Shown here: positions 16,361-24,795 of the stretch, one piece after another | Layout of the letters: every line of letters starts with the position of its first letter | Position numbering within the stretch: the stretch's first letter is position 1 | Assembly (NCBI GenBank): GCA_003233545.1 | Contig: QILZ01000160.1 | Coordinates: forward strand, 1 to 31,087 | Direction: 5' to 3' | DNA from: Spirochaetales bacterium | Lineage (GTDB): Bacteria; Spirochaetota; Spirochaetia; SZUA-6 | DNA length: 31,087 bases | Position numbers and translations under genes: made by a program | The notes under the pieces: generated by a model | Seen by the model: only the letters and a program-made list of their open reading frames with translations | Told to the model about the DNA's origin: nothing | Databases searched by the model: none

Positions 16361-17470
16361 TTATCCCTTTGTAAAGGGCCCGATATGAGGAAGTTCATAT
16401 ACGGATTTCCAGCCCTTGCTTAATGGTTCTTTAAGATAGGGTTCCATCTCCTTTGCGGTTCTTAGTGTAACCTTCTCGACCGGAGGTACTGTTCCTGCGG
16501 GAAATTTATCCAGTATCTCGTCGGCTACAAGAGTTAAATACTTTAAAATTGCAGCGATAGGACGTTTTGCTTTTCTTGCAGTTGCTTTACTTGGTGTTCC
16601 CACTACGCCCTCCGGTGTTGCAACTCTCTCTATTGCAAAGTGGCCTTCTCCTTCGGACCACCGGTGCGGTCTTCTCCATGGATCTACGGAAGTATCAAAA
16701 TGTCCTCCGGAGAGAAATGATTCGCCCCAGGCGTCCTGTACAACACTCATATCGATCATTTTCTTAAACATTAAAAGAGCGACCGATGTTTCACTCTCGT
16801 CCGCATGAACAAAGGTAGTCTCGAGACTGTCCGGCCTGTCGACAGGAACAAAGAATTCGCGGACAGCTCTGTGCCAGTCGAGTATCTGGAATATTCCGGG
16901 AAGCTGAAATCTCTTCATAAATTCGTGAAGGGCGGATTCGAGCATCCACAGCTGTCCGTGGTTATTTATTACAATAATTTTTCTGTATCCGTCATTCCAC
17001 AAACCGAGCATCGTATAGATAACCATTTCCTGTACGGTTTCCGCAGGAATAATAACCGTTCCCGGCATACCCATATGATGGTAAGGATGTCCCCCGTAGT
17101 TTAGCGGAGGCAGAGCAATATTTACCTCTCTTCCCTGTTTTGCCGTATACCGTCTTACTGCTTCGACAATCTGGGTGACCATAAAGGTATCGAGGCCTGA
17201 GTTTGCATGTATTCCATGATTTTCCGTACATCCGACAGGCAGAAAAACAAGGTCATTTTTTCTGCGTTTTTCTATACATTTTGCTCTCGGCGTATTCTGT
17301 ATATAAGAACCTGCCATGCCGAGTTCGGACGGAGAAGGAACTTCATATTCCTTAAGGATGCTATCTATTTCCGTTTCCGAAGCATCCCATATCTGTTTTT
17401 TTAAACGCCCGACTTCGCTGTCTTCGAAAATGATTTCGGGAAAGTTTGTTGTAATCCACTTACCGCTCAT
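16361..17470 (-). CDS. iolN: Creatininase-family hydrolase, probable 3-dehydro-scyllo-inosose hydrolase (IolN-like)
   Basis: PVGCTENHG, GLDT, NNHG and HADESETS metal-site motifs. It also carries HPYHHMGMPGTV, PEGVVG, FPAGTVPPVE and KEPLSKGW, which I recall from Thermotoga IolN (TM0413); this is from memory, not aligned. SD AGGAGG. Confidence 0.75.
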   Translation of the reverse strand: MSGKWITTNFPEIIFEDSEVGRLKKQIWDASETEIDSILKEYEVPSPSELGMAGSYIQNTPRAKCIEKRRKNDLVFLPVGCTENHGIHANSGLDTFMVTQIVEAVRRYTAKQGREVNIALPPLNYGGHPYHHMGMPGTVIIPAETVQEMVIYTMLGLWNDGYRKIIVINNHGQLWMLESALHEFMKRFQLPGIFQILDWHRAVREFFVPVDRPDSLETTFVHADESETSVALLMFKKMIDMSVVQDAWGESFLSGGHFDTSVDPWRRPHRWSEGEGHFAIERVATPEGVVGTPSKATARKAKRPIAAILKYLTLVADEILDKFPAGTVPPVEKVTLRTAKEMEPYLKEPLSKGWKSVYELPHIGPFTKG

Positions 17471-17503
17471 TATAAATCCTCCTGATTAATTTTATCTTTT
17501 TTC

Positions 17504-17572
17504 CCGGAAGGACACCTGATTAGGATATCGATATCTCTGCACCATCGATGTTGATCTGAAGTGTACTTCCGG
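17504..17572 (-). other. Long imperfect hairpin in the presumed 5' leader of the IolN-like gene
   Basis: Closing stem CCGGAAG/CTTCCGG, then ACACTT/AGGTGT, with an inner ATCGAT/ATCGAT stem; no U-tract on the coding strand. Confidence 0.5.
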
Positions 17573-17584
17573 TCTTTATAGGGT

Positions 17585-17613
17585 AAGTTACTACAAAATG
17601 AAAACGTTTGCAA
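17585..17613 (-). promoter_or_regulatory. Putative sigma70 promoter overlapped by a LacI-family operator
   Basis: TTGCAA-17nt-TAACTT; operator TGAAAACGTTTGCA (17599-17612) with the central AAACGTTT palindrome typical of LacI/GalR sites. Confidence 0.65.
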
Positions 17614-17630
17614 TACATAAATACAATTAC

Positions 17631-18851
17631 TTAATCGATAAGTTGTATAATTCCCCTCTTACCGTTTATCATCCAGTCTTTATCCGCGGCAAAGAGGTTT
17701 TGCACCGTGTTTTTATCAATATCCGTAACAATTTCACTCTTCATTGTACGAAGGACCGCAAAAGTTGCGGGGAAGTATTCCGTTAACTCCTTCATCTTTT
17801 CCCATGGATTCCATTTTCTGTCCGATAAGAGCCGTCTGTAATTTGCATCGCCCTTTATAATAACAAGATCTGAATTATTTAAAGATTCAAGAAGATCCTC
17901 CGGCATATCCGTGAAATGCAGGGGGCCGTTCCAGAAAAAATGGTCCTCTATCCGTATTCTTCCGTTAGCAATAAGCTGTGCCAGGGCCCTTCCGAATTCT
18001 CTGATATTATCCTGCCTGTTTTCACCGAATGCTTTTACCGTGGCTGTTACATCCTTTTTCATTGTGTCGGAAACAAAGAAAGGAGCCTTCTTGACATGCA
18101 GTGTCACATTCAGACTTTTATTTCCCCTTAACAGAAAGAGATAACGGATTAATGAAAGATCGCACACAAGTTCCTGTCCTGCATTATCCATTATAAAATC
18201 GATTCTGTCCGCTTTTAATATTTCATCGACAATCTGTTCCGTATTGTCGATTAATATATTCGAATCCTCCGACTTAAGTGTGTCTGTTTTGCTGTTCTGA
18301 GCTATACTGTAATTACTTAAGTCGATTCTGTTGCCCCAGAGAGAAAAGAGAAGAAGGGATTTTATTACTTTTTCCGGATGAACTGTATCACCGGCCGTAT
18401 TTAAGATACCGTTTAATATATCGATGCCTCCTTTTTCCGAGTAAAGTTCCCTGTCCTTTAGATGCTGAAAAGGATCCTCGATGTAGTGCCCGGAACCGGG
18501 AGAGTAGTACCCGTAAGCCGATAAGAGTCTTAAGTAAAAATAGGCTTCCGCAAAGTACCAGGGTATCTTAAACCAGCTTTTACTTAAATGTTTTTGAATT
18601 TCTCTTTTCCATGTTTTTATCCCGGATCTTTCGAATACTGTAGGGTTATCCGGGATACCGGCGAAAGGATCTGTGATTGTACCATGCCGTATTTCATTTT
18701 CAAGGTCCTTAAGGTTCTGTGTATACTTATCCGAAATACGGTTGCTTTTAAGTACCTGTTCGATAATAAACGGTTTTCGGAAGTAGATTGTCTTGTAGGC
18801 AAATGAAGCGGTATCGCCTGTGGAAATACAGGGGGGAGGTTTTAATTTCAT
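17631..18851 (-). CDS. Damage-control phosphatase, ARMT1/DUF89 family (YMR027W-like subfamily)
   Basis: PWYFAEAYFY, LWGNRIDLS, IMDNAGQEL, PFFVSD, KGDANYRRL and RTMKSE motifs. Confidence 0.88.
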   Translation of the reverse strand: MKLKPPPCISTGDTASFAYKTIYFRKPFIIEQVLKSNRISDKYTQNLKDLENEIRHGTITDPFAGIPDNPTVFERSGIKTWKREIQKHLSKSWFKIPWYFAEAYFYLRLLSAYGYYSPGSGHYIEDPFQHLKDRELYSEKGGIDILNGILNTAGDTVHPEKVIKSLLLFSLWGNRIDLSNYSIAQNSKTDTLKSEDSNILIDNTEQIVDEILKADRIDFIMDNAGQELVCDLSLIRYLFLLRGNKSLNVTLHVKKAPFFVSDTMKKDVTATVKAFGENRQDNIREFGRALAQLIANGRIRIEDHFFWNGPLHFTDMPEDLLESLNNSDLVIIKGDANYRRLLSDRKWNPWEKMKELTEYFPATFAVLRTMKSEIVTDIDKNTVQNLFAADKDWMINGKRGIIQLID

Positions 18852-18867
18852 GGATTAACCACCGGGA

Positions 18868-18924
18868 AAAATAAGCTTTCTGACATAAGTATCAATTGAC
18901 TGCAATATAAGAATGTTCTATTGT
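18868..18924. promoter_or_regulatory. Back-to-back divergent sigma70 promoters
   Basis: Plus strand TTGACT(18896-18901)-17nt-TATTGT. Minus strand TTGATA(18895-18890)-16nt-TATTTT, which is weaker. The two -35 hexamers abut. Confidence 0.55.
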
Positions 18925-18963
18925 TGCATATTATTATCGACTAGTCCATGGGAGGGCCTTTCT

Positions 18964-20190
18964 ATGAAGGTATGGTTAAAATTATTTATCGGGGTTATTG
19001 TCGGTGTTCTGCTTGGTATTTTTATACCTTTAAGTGATGCTACAGGGATAATTTTTAACTTTTTATCAAAATTATTTATACAGATAGGAAGGTATACTAT
19101 TTTTCCTCTTGTTTTTTTCTCGATCGTGATGGGTACCTATGAGCTTAAGCATGAAAGAAAGCTCTTTGCCGTTTATTCAAAGATAGTCTTTTACCTCGTT
19201 ATCTCCACAATTCTGCTCGTGCTTATCGGAATTGTTACCGCTGTTGTATTTTCGCCGGAGAGGGTTCCTATTATCATTGAAAAAGAAGCGCCCCTGGCAT
19301 ATCTCGGTGTGCAGGATATTTTTCTTCATATTTTCCCCACAAATGTATTTAAAGTGCTTCTGGAGTCCGGCTCGTTTCTGCTGCCGCTCTATATACTTGC
19401 CTTTTTTATCGGAATAAATCTCGATTTCGACAGGCAGATAGCAAGGCCCTCTATCCAGGTGTTCGACTCTATGTCGAGGGTTTTCTATCACGGTAATTCT
19501 CTTATAGTGGAATTCTTTGCCGTAGGTCTTATCGTTATAACAACATCGAGACTTTTCTATATTCGAATTAATAATCTTGAGATTTTTAAACAGCTTTTGA
19601 TTATAATAGGTTTCGATCTTTTTATTATAATTTTTGGTATTTTCCCGGGGATATTATACTTTTTCGGAGGAAAGATTAATCCCTACAAGTGGCTGTATGC
19701 CACTACGGCATCCGCATTAACAGCTCTTGTTACGGGTGACGAGTATGTATCGCTTGGTATGCTTATAAAGCACGGAAAAGAAAACCTCGGACTAAAGAGA
19801 CGCCTCGGTTCTTCTGTTTATACGTTGTTTGCGATTTTCGGCAGGGCGGGAACAGCCCTTGTTACGGGTATTTCCTTTATACTCATACTTCGTTCGTATT
19901 CCAGCCTGGAGCTTACCTTTATGCAGATTCTCTGGGTAGCGGGTTTTTCCGTACTGACATCATTTGCTCTTCTATCTGTGCCCGGTATGGGTGTTTATGT
20001 TTCCCTTTCAATAATGAGCGGATACTATGGAAAGGGACTGGGGGACGGCTACCTTATACTTAAACCTGTTATTCCCCTGCTGGTGAGTGCAGGAGTGCTG
20101 TTAGATGTTGTGACTGCATCGTTAGCATCGTATATCATAGGCAGGCAGGAGGGTTTAATCGATGATGTCGATGTGGAGAGTTTTATTTAA
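18964..20190 (+). CDS. Dicarboxylate/amino acid:cation symporter (DAACS) family, divergent
   Basis: FIQIGRYTIFPLVFFSIVMG, IFLHIFPTNVF, HGKENLGL and SVPG follow the DAACS topology. Start revised to ATG 18964 after SD GGAGG. Confidence 0.82.
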   Translation: MKVWLKLFIGVIVGVLLGIFIPLSDATGIIFNFLSKLFIQIGRYTIFPLVFFSIVMGTYELKHERKLFAVYSKIVFYLVISTILLVLIGIVTAVVFSPERVPIIIEKEAPLAYLGVQDIFLHIFPTNVFKVLLESGSFLLPLYILAFFIGINLDFDRQIARPSIQVFDSMSRVFYHGNSLIVEFFAVGLIVITTSRLFYIRINNLEIFKQLLIIIGFDLFIIIFGIFPGILYFFGGKINPYKWLYATTASALTALVTGDEYVSLGMLIKHGKENLGLKRRLGSSVYTLFAIFGRAGTALVTGISFILILRSYSSLELTFMQILWVAGFSVLTSFALLSVPGMGVYVSLSIMSGYYGKGLGDGYLILKPVIPLLVSAGVLLDVVTASLASYIIGRQEGLIDDVDVESFI

Positions 20191-20207
20191 CGTAAGTCTG
20201 TCGATAT

Positions 20208-20855
20208 TCAGATTTTTATAATAAAACTTAAAAGACCGGTTAAGAGAAACTGATCGTAGAAGGGAAGGTTTTCTCCGTCCCAGAGATGAAAAACCGGGTA
20301 GTACGAGGTAACGGTAAACGATACCGACCATCTTTCGGCAAGATTCCATATAAGGTAAATACTTGTCTCAGGGTAGAAGAACCTGCCTGCGGAAAAAAAA
20401 TATTTCAGAACGGATATGCTGTCCGCCGCGGCCTTTTTACTCGATACTATGGGAAAACGAACAAGAAAGGAAAGGCCCAAGTCCGATCCTGCAGTAAGAG
20501 TATCGTTAAAGGGATATTCGATTCCGAATTTTGAGTCGATCATAGAGGCCAGAGTCCAGTTCCACAGGTCTCCGGGCGCTTCCATTTCCTGCGGAAGGGC
20601 ACGTACCCCGTTGTATGCATAATAATTTCCCCAGAACAGTATCCCCGTACTTATTACAAAGAGATTCCTGCGAAATACCGGAATATGAACGCCCAGTGTT
20701 GTTAAAATCGGGCTCGGAGCACTGTCCGTGTCGGAGTTCCCGATATAGATTAAACCAGAGTCTATGGAAATCCGGTCTATTCCGGAGGCATATGCATTAA
20801 CTGCAAGGATTAGAAGAACAGCCGGTAATAAAAAAGACAGTTTCCCGTTCATCAT
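20208..20855 (-). CDS. Hypothetical exported protein, possible small outer-membrane beta-barrel
   Basis: Signal peptide ending VNAYA; aromatic-rich segments with alternating hydrophobic residues; no function recognised. Confidence 0.6.
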   Translation of the reverse strand: MMNGKLSFLLPAVLLILAVNAYASGIDRISIDSGLIYIGNSDTDSAPSPILTTLGVHIPVFRRNLFVISTGILFWGNYYAYNGVRALPQEMEAPGDLWNWTLASMIDSKFGIEYPFNDTLTAGSDLGLSFLVRFPIVSSKKAAADSISVLKYFFSAGRFFYPETSIYLIWNLAERWSVSFTVTSYYPVFHLWDGENLPFYDQFLLTGLLSFIIKI

Positions 20856-20875
20856 CTATTATTAATAATATCACA

Positions 20876-21976
20876 CTATCCTTGTCTTTTCCATACAAGG
20901 AAACCGGAAGCTTTAACATGTATAAACGAGCTCTGTTCCCAGTAGAATACAAAATAACTGCCGAGGATATTAAAACCGGTATATTTATAGCCTGACGGCA
21001 GAGCGGGAAGATAAAAACTCACCGGCCCTGTGCTGTTTTCCCTGTAATATATTAGTATTCCGCCTGGCAGTAATGCGGAGATGCCGTTTTTTGTTATTCT
21101 TACGGGTACCGTAATCAGGTTAAACTTATCTGTCTTCGTATTTTCATTATATGAAAAACGTTTTATAACCGTATTATCTCCCGATTTAACGGTAAAGTGA
21201 ATAATCGATTTATCATGCTGTACCGTTTTCAGCTTATCGAGAGAAGCTGAAAAAACAGCCTGAAGATGTTCCGGAATGCCGGTTTCTTTAATATCCTTAA
21301 AGCGGTACTCTTTAAGAAAATTATTTCGTGTTTCATATTGTTCCGTTCCGCTTTTGATATTATATGCCGTATAGAAAAATTTTGTCTGCTTTTTATCGGT
21401 ATATTTCCATTCAAAGTAATAATCCAGATTTGTGACCGGAAGAAAGGTTACGGATTCGTAATCAGGATGTTTTTTCTGGAACGGCGGTATAATGAACCTG
21501 TAATTTTCATATTGAGGAACCAGTTTTACAAGGCTTATGCCTTCTATCTTTAATGTATCCGGTGTTGTTGTATTCAGTGCTTCATTGAAGTACAGATGCA
21601 GAAGTATGGAGTCATTGTAACGCAGCAGTGTTGTGATTGTTCTATATTTAAATATAACCGGATCATAAAAGTAATGAAAAACCGCCGGTGAATCTTCCGG
21701 TAATTTTACGGACACAATGCCGTGTCCGTTTACAGCCATGTAGAGCCGGCTCCCCAGGGTAACCGAATCCGTAATTCTGTCCTGGACCGTCCACGGTTCT
21801 GCCGCGACAGGCTGCGACTCCTTAAGGCTCTTAACCGGTTCCGGCCTGCCGTCCCGGAGCTGGTACCATTTTTCATAAACATTGACAGTTATTTTTTCCT
21901 TGTTATTTTGTTTATGGCAGGAAACGGGAATAAGAGTAATTATGATTATAGCGGCCAACAGAAGGATACGTCTCAT
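20876..21976 (-). CDS. Hypothetical lipoprotein
   Basis: MRRILLLAAIIIITLIPVS-C lipobox-like signal. Start revised to 21976, which removes the overlap with proS; the ORF track gives 22006. Confidence 0.7.
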   Translation of the reverse strand: MRRILLLAAIIIITLIPVSCHKQNNKEKITVNVYEKWYQLRDGRPEPVKSLKESQPVAAEPWTVQDRITDSVTLGSRLYMAVNGHGIVSVKLPEDSPAVFHYFYDPVIFKYRTITTLLRYNDSILLHLYFNEALNTTTPDTLKIEGISLVKLVPQYENYRFIIPPFQKKHPDYESVTFLPVTNLDYYFEWKYTDKKQTKFFYTAYNIKSGTEQYETRNNFLKEYRFKDIKETGIPEHLQAVFSASLDKLKTVQHDKSIIHFTVKSGDNTVIKRFSYNENTKTDKFNLITVPVRITKNGISALLPGGILIYYRENSTGPVSFYLPALPSGYKYTGFNILGSYFVFYWEQSSFIHVKASGFLVWKRQG

Positions 21977-21989
21977 ACGGTTCCGGGTG

Positions 21990-23417
21990 TTAATAGGCTT
22001 TTGCAAATACGGCCGTTACTGCCGCATCTCCGCCGCAGTATATGCACTTTTTACCGTCACCGTCATGTGCAAGCGGCAAAGCTCTGATTGTTGCCTTTGT
22101 CTCTTTTTTTATTCCGGCTTCACAGGTTGGAGAACCGCACCAGCCTGCCTGTATAAACCCTCCGGCGGCATTAATAATTTCTTTAAACTCACCGTAACCG
22201 GACGTATTAAATGTATTCTCCTGTCTAAAACCTGCTGCCCTTCGAAATAGATTATTCTGGATATCTTCCAGTAAATTCTTTACCTCTTCCGCAGCGTGTT
22301 GTTTGTTAACCGTAATCTTTTCGCCGGTATCTCTCCTGGCAAGAACCACCTGGTTCTTTTCCATATCACGGGGACCGATTTCTATCCTTACAGGCACTCC
22401 CTGCAGTTCCCATTCTGAAAATTTCCATCCGGGTTTGTTCTGATCATCATCATCCAGTTTAACGGAATATTTTCCCATTAAAGATTTGTATAGGCTGTCC
22501 GCATAGTTCATTATATCCGTTTTTGTATCGTTTTTGTATATCGGTACGATAACTACCTTAATCGGTGCGAGCTCAGGAGGTAAAACAAGGCCTTTATCAT
22601 CGGAATGGCTCATGATAAGAGCGCCGATCAGCCTGGTGGAAACACCCCAGGATGTTGCCCAGACATACTCCAGACCACCTTTCCGGCTCTGAAATGTTAC
22701 ATCGAAGGCCTTTGCAAAATTCTGTCCGAGAAAGTGAGATGTCCCGGCCTGAAGAGCCTTTTTATCCTGCATCATAGCTTCTATCGTATATGTTTTAACC
22801 GCCCCTGCAAATTTTTCGGATTCTGATTTTTCTCCGGCTATTACAGGAATTGCCATGTATTCTTCTGCAAACTTCTGATACACAAAGAGCATTTTTAATG
22901 TTTCTTCCTGCGCTTGTTCCGCCGTTTCATGTGCGGTATGACCTTCCTGCCAGAGGAATTCCGTTGTCCTTAAGAACAGCCGGGTTCTCTTTTCCCATCT
23001 GACAACATTTGCCCATTGGTTTATTAAAAGAGGAAGATCCCTGTACGATTGTATCCATTTTTTATACATACTCCAGATTATCGTTTCCGATGTGGGGCGT
23101 ATAACAAGAGGTTCATCCAGCTTATCCCCGCCTGCACGGGTAACAATAGCGAGCTCTGGAGAGAAACCCTCCACATGCTCCGCCTCTTTTTTTATAAAAC
23201 TATCCGGAATAAGAAGCGGAAAATACGCGTTTCTGTGTCCTGTTTCCTTGAACATCCTGTTAAGGATTTCCTGCATTTTCTCCCAGAGTGCATACCCATT
23301 GGGCCTTATGACCATACATCCTTTAACCGGTGAATAATCGGCCAGTTTTGCCTGTATAACTATGTCGACGTACCATTGCGAGTAACTTTTATTTCTCGAT
23401 GTAATTTTATCTGCCAT
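21990..23417 (-). CDS. proS: Proline--tRNA ligase, archaeal/eukaryote-like type
   Basis: [54 protein letters not shown] and C-terminal FAKAY; no INS editing domain. Confidence 0.97.
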   Translation of the reverse strand: MADKITSRNKSYSQWYVDIVIQAKLADYSPVKGCMVIRPNGYALWEKMQEILNRMFKETGHRNAYFPLLIPDSFIKKEAEHVEGFSPELAIVTRAGGDKLDEPLVIRPTSETIIWSMYKKWIQSYRDLPLLINQWANVVRWEKRTRLFLRTTEFLWQEGHTAHETAEQAQEETLKMLFVYQKFAEEYMAIPVIAGEKSESEKFAGAVKTYTIEAMMQDKKALQAGTSHFLGQNFAKAFDVTFQSRKGGLEYVWATSWGVSTRLIGALIMSHSDDKGLVLPPELAPIKVVIVPIYKNDTKTDIMNYADSLYKSLMGKYSVKLDDDDQNKPGWKFSEWELQGVPVRIEIGPRDMEKNQVVLARRDTGEKITVNKQHAAEEVKNLLEDIQNNLFRRAAGFRQENTFNTSGYGEFKEIINAAGGFIQAGWCGSPTCEAGIKKETKATIRALPLAHDGDGKKCIYCGGDAAVTAVFAKAY

Positions 23418-23429
23418 TCTTATTTCCGC

Positions 23430-24644
23430 CTATAAATATCTGTCGACGATACCCTTTTTTTCGTAGAAACCGGGGTTAAAAGGAACAGGTTCACGTCCGA
23501 AACAGACACCCAGCTCTTCGTAGAACGAAACCATTTCGAGGTCGACATGCCGCTGTTCTATTGCCCGCTTTGTGGGGATATATCTTATTTCACCTGCATG
23601 CACGTTAAAAACGGTAACTCCGGAATAACTGTTGATAAGAAGCATTACCGCCCCGGCTCCCGCTTCCTTGCCGAAATTTACATCGAATGACGAAGATTTG
23701 CCGGATCTTACAAGATGACCCGGAACAACTTCTCTTACCTCGGGGCTTTCGTATAATCCGGATACATACATACCCTCTTCTTTCATAAATCTTTCTATAT
23801 CCGGATCCTTTTTAAGCCTCGTTTCGAGCTGTTTTCTTACATACTTGCCTGCCCCGGCAAGTTTTTTATGTCCGAAAGAATCGACACCTTCGGATTCATC
23901 CGTTATAAAATCTCCCTTTAAATTCCTTATTCCCTCTGCAACGACGATCGAGTATGTTCCCGCATTAACATCACTTTCCTTTATCCGTCTTATATACCGC
24001 TTCTTCATGTGTTTATAGACAATATCAAAATCGACAGGAATCTCAGGTATAAGAATTGCATCTGCATCGGCTCCTATACCGCCTCTAAAGGCTGTATGCC
24101 CTGCATAACGCCCGAAAACTTCCACTACCATGATTCTGTTGTGTGTCTGGCCTGTTGTCTTTAAATCCTCGACAAATCCGGCGATCCTGTTTATGGCGGA
24201 ATCCGCTCCGACCGAGTATGTCTGCAGATCCAGATCCATGGTTTTCGGTGCATGAACACACGGAATGCCGTTCTCCGAAAGGTCGACGACAACGCTTCCC
24301 GTATCATCGCCTCCGGAAATGACAAGACCGTCTATTTTAAACTTTTCAAGCCCCCTTTTGATTTTCTCATATTTATCCGGGTCTTTAATTTTTGATATTT
24401 TAACTCTGGAATGTCCCGCTTCCGATCCTGCAAGGCTCGAATTAACATGATCGACCCGCGATGTGTTTAATTCCACGAGTTTTTTCATTTCTACAAGGTT
24501 GTAAAGACCTGCATAGCCATTGGGAATAATGTATGCACCTATTCCCCTCGCCTCCGCCATTTGTGCGGCGCCCCGGACAACTGCATTTAAACCGCCGCAG
24601 TCTCCGCCGCTTGTAATAATGCCGATATTTCTAAAAGAAGTCAT
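23430..24644 (-). CDS. pfp: 6-Phosphofructokinase, predicted pyrophosphate-dependent
   Basis: TSGGDCGGLN, GGDDT (Asp at the E. coli G104 position) and PKTMD (Lys at the G124 position) are the PPi-specific signature. Confidence 0.85.
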   Translation of the reverse strand: MTSFRNIGIITSGGDCGGLNAVVRGAAQMAEARGIGAYIIPNGYAGLYNLVEMKKLVELNTSRVDHVNSSLAGSEAGHSRVKISKIKDPDKYEKIKRGLEKFKIDGLVISGGDDTGSVVVDLSENGIPCVHAPKTMDLDLQTYSVGADSAINRIAGFVEDLKTTGQTHNRIMVVEVFGRYAGHTAFRGGIGADADAILIPEIPVDFDIVYKHMKKRYIRRIKESDVNAGTYSIVVAEGIRNLKGDFITDESEGVDSFGHKKLAGAGKYVRKQLETRLKKDPDIERFMKEEGMYVSGLYESPEVREVVPGHLVRSGKSSSFDVNFGKEAGAGAVMLLINSYSGVTVFNVHAGEIRYIPTKRAIEQRHVDLEMVSFYEELGVCFGREPVPFNPGFYEKKGIVDRYL

Positions 24645-24677
24645 TGTATATCTCTCCAGATTAAAGTGATCTGTGGC

Positions 24678-24707
24678 ATTCTAAATCGTATTTTATGTTG
24701 CTGTCAA
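24678..24707 (-). promoter_or_regulatory. Putative sigma70 promoter of the pfp-proS operon
   Basis: TTGACA-18nt-TAGAAT; SD GGAG before ATG 24644. Confidence 0.7.
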
Positions 24708-24795
24708 TAGATTTGGCCTTTAAGCTTGTGCTGCCGAAAAACAGGATTGATAAATTACCCCATATGTGTTTACTATTAAATACCGGAGGTTGAAA

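Noticed and set aside
17510-17550. Resemblance of the IolN leader (GAUGGUG...CUAAU) to a fluoride riboswitch, and of UCAGGU to a glycine riboswitch
   Set aside because: The required P1 and pseudoknot pairings and the other conserved blocks cannot be formed.
21722-22250. Overlapping plus-strand ORFs 21722-22087 and 21882-22250, and the many other 60-150 aa ORFs in the track
   Set aside because: They lie antisense or out of frame within well-supported genes and show no motifs or ribosome-binding sites.
23418-23429. T-box or attenuator before proS
   Set aside because: Only 12 bp separate pfp and proS; there is no room for one.
21990-24644. Functional coupling of PPi-producing ProRS with PPi-consuming PFK
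   Set aside because: PPi is a diffusible pool from many reactions; adjacency alone is not evidence.
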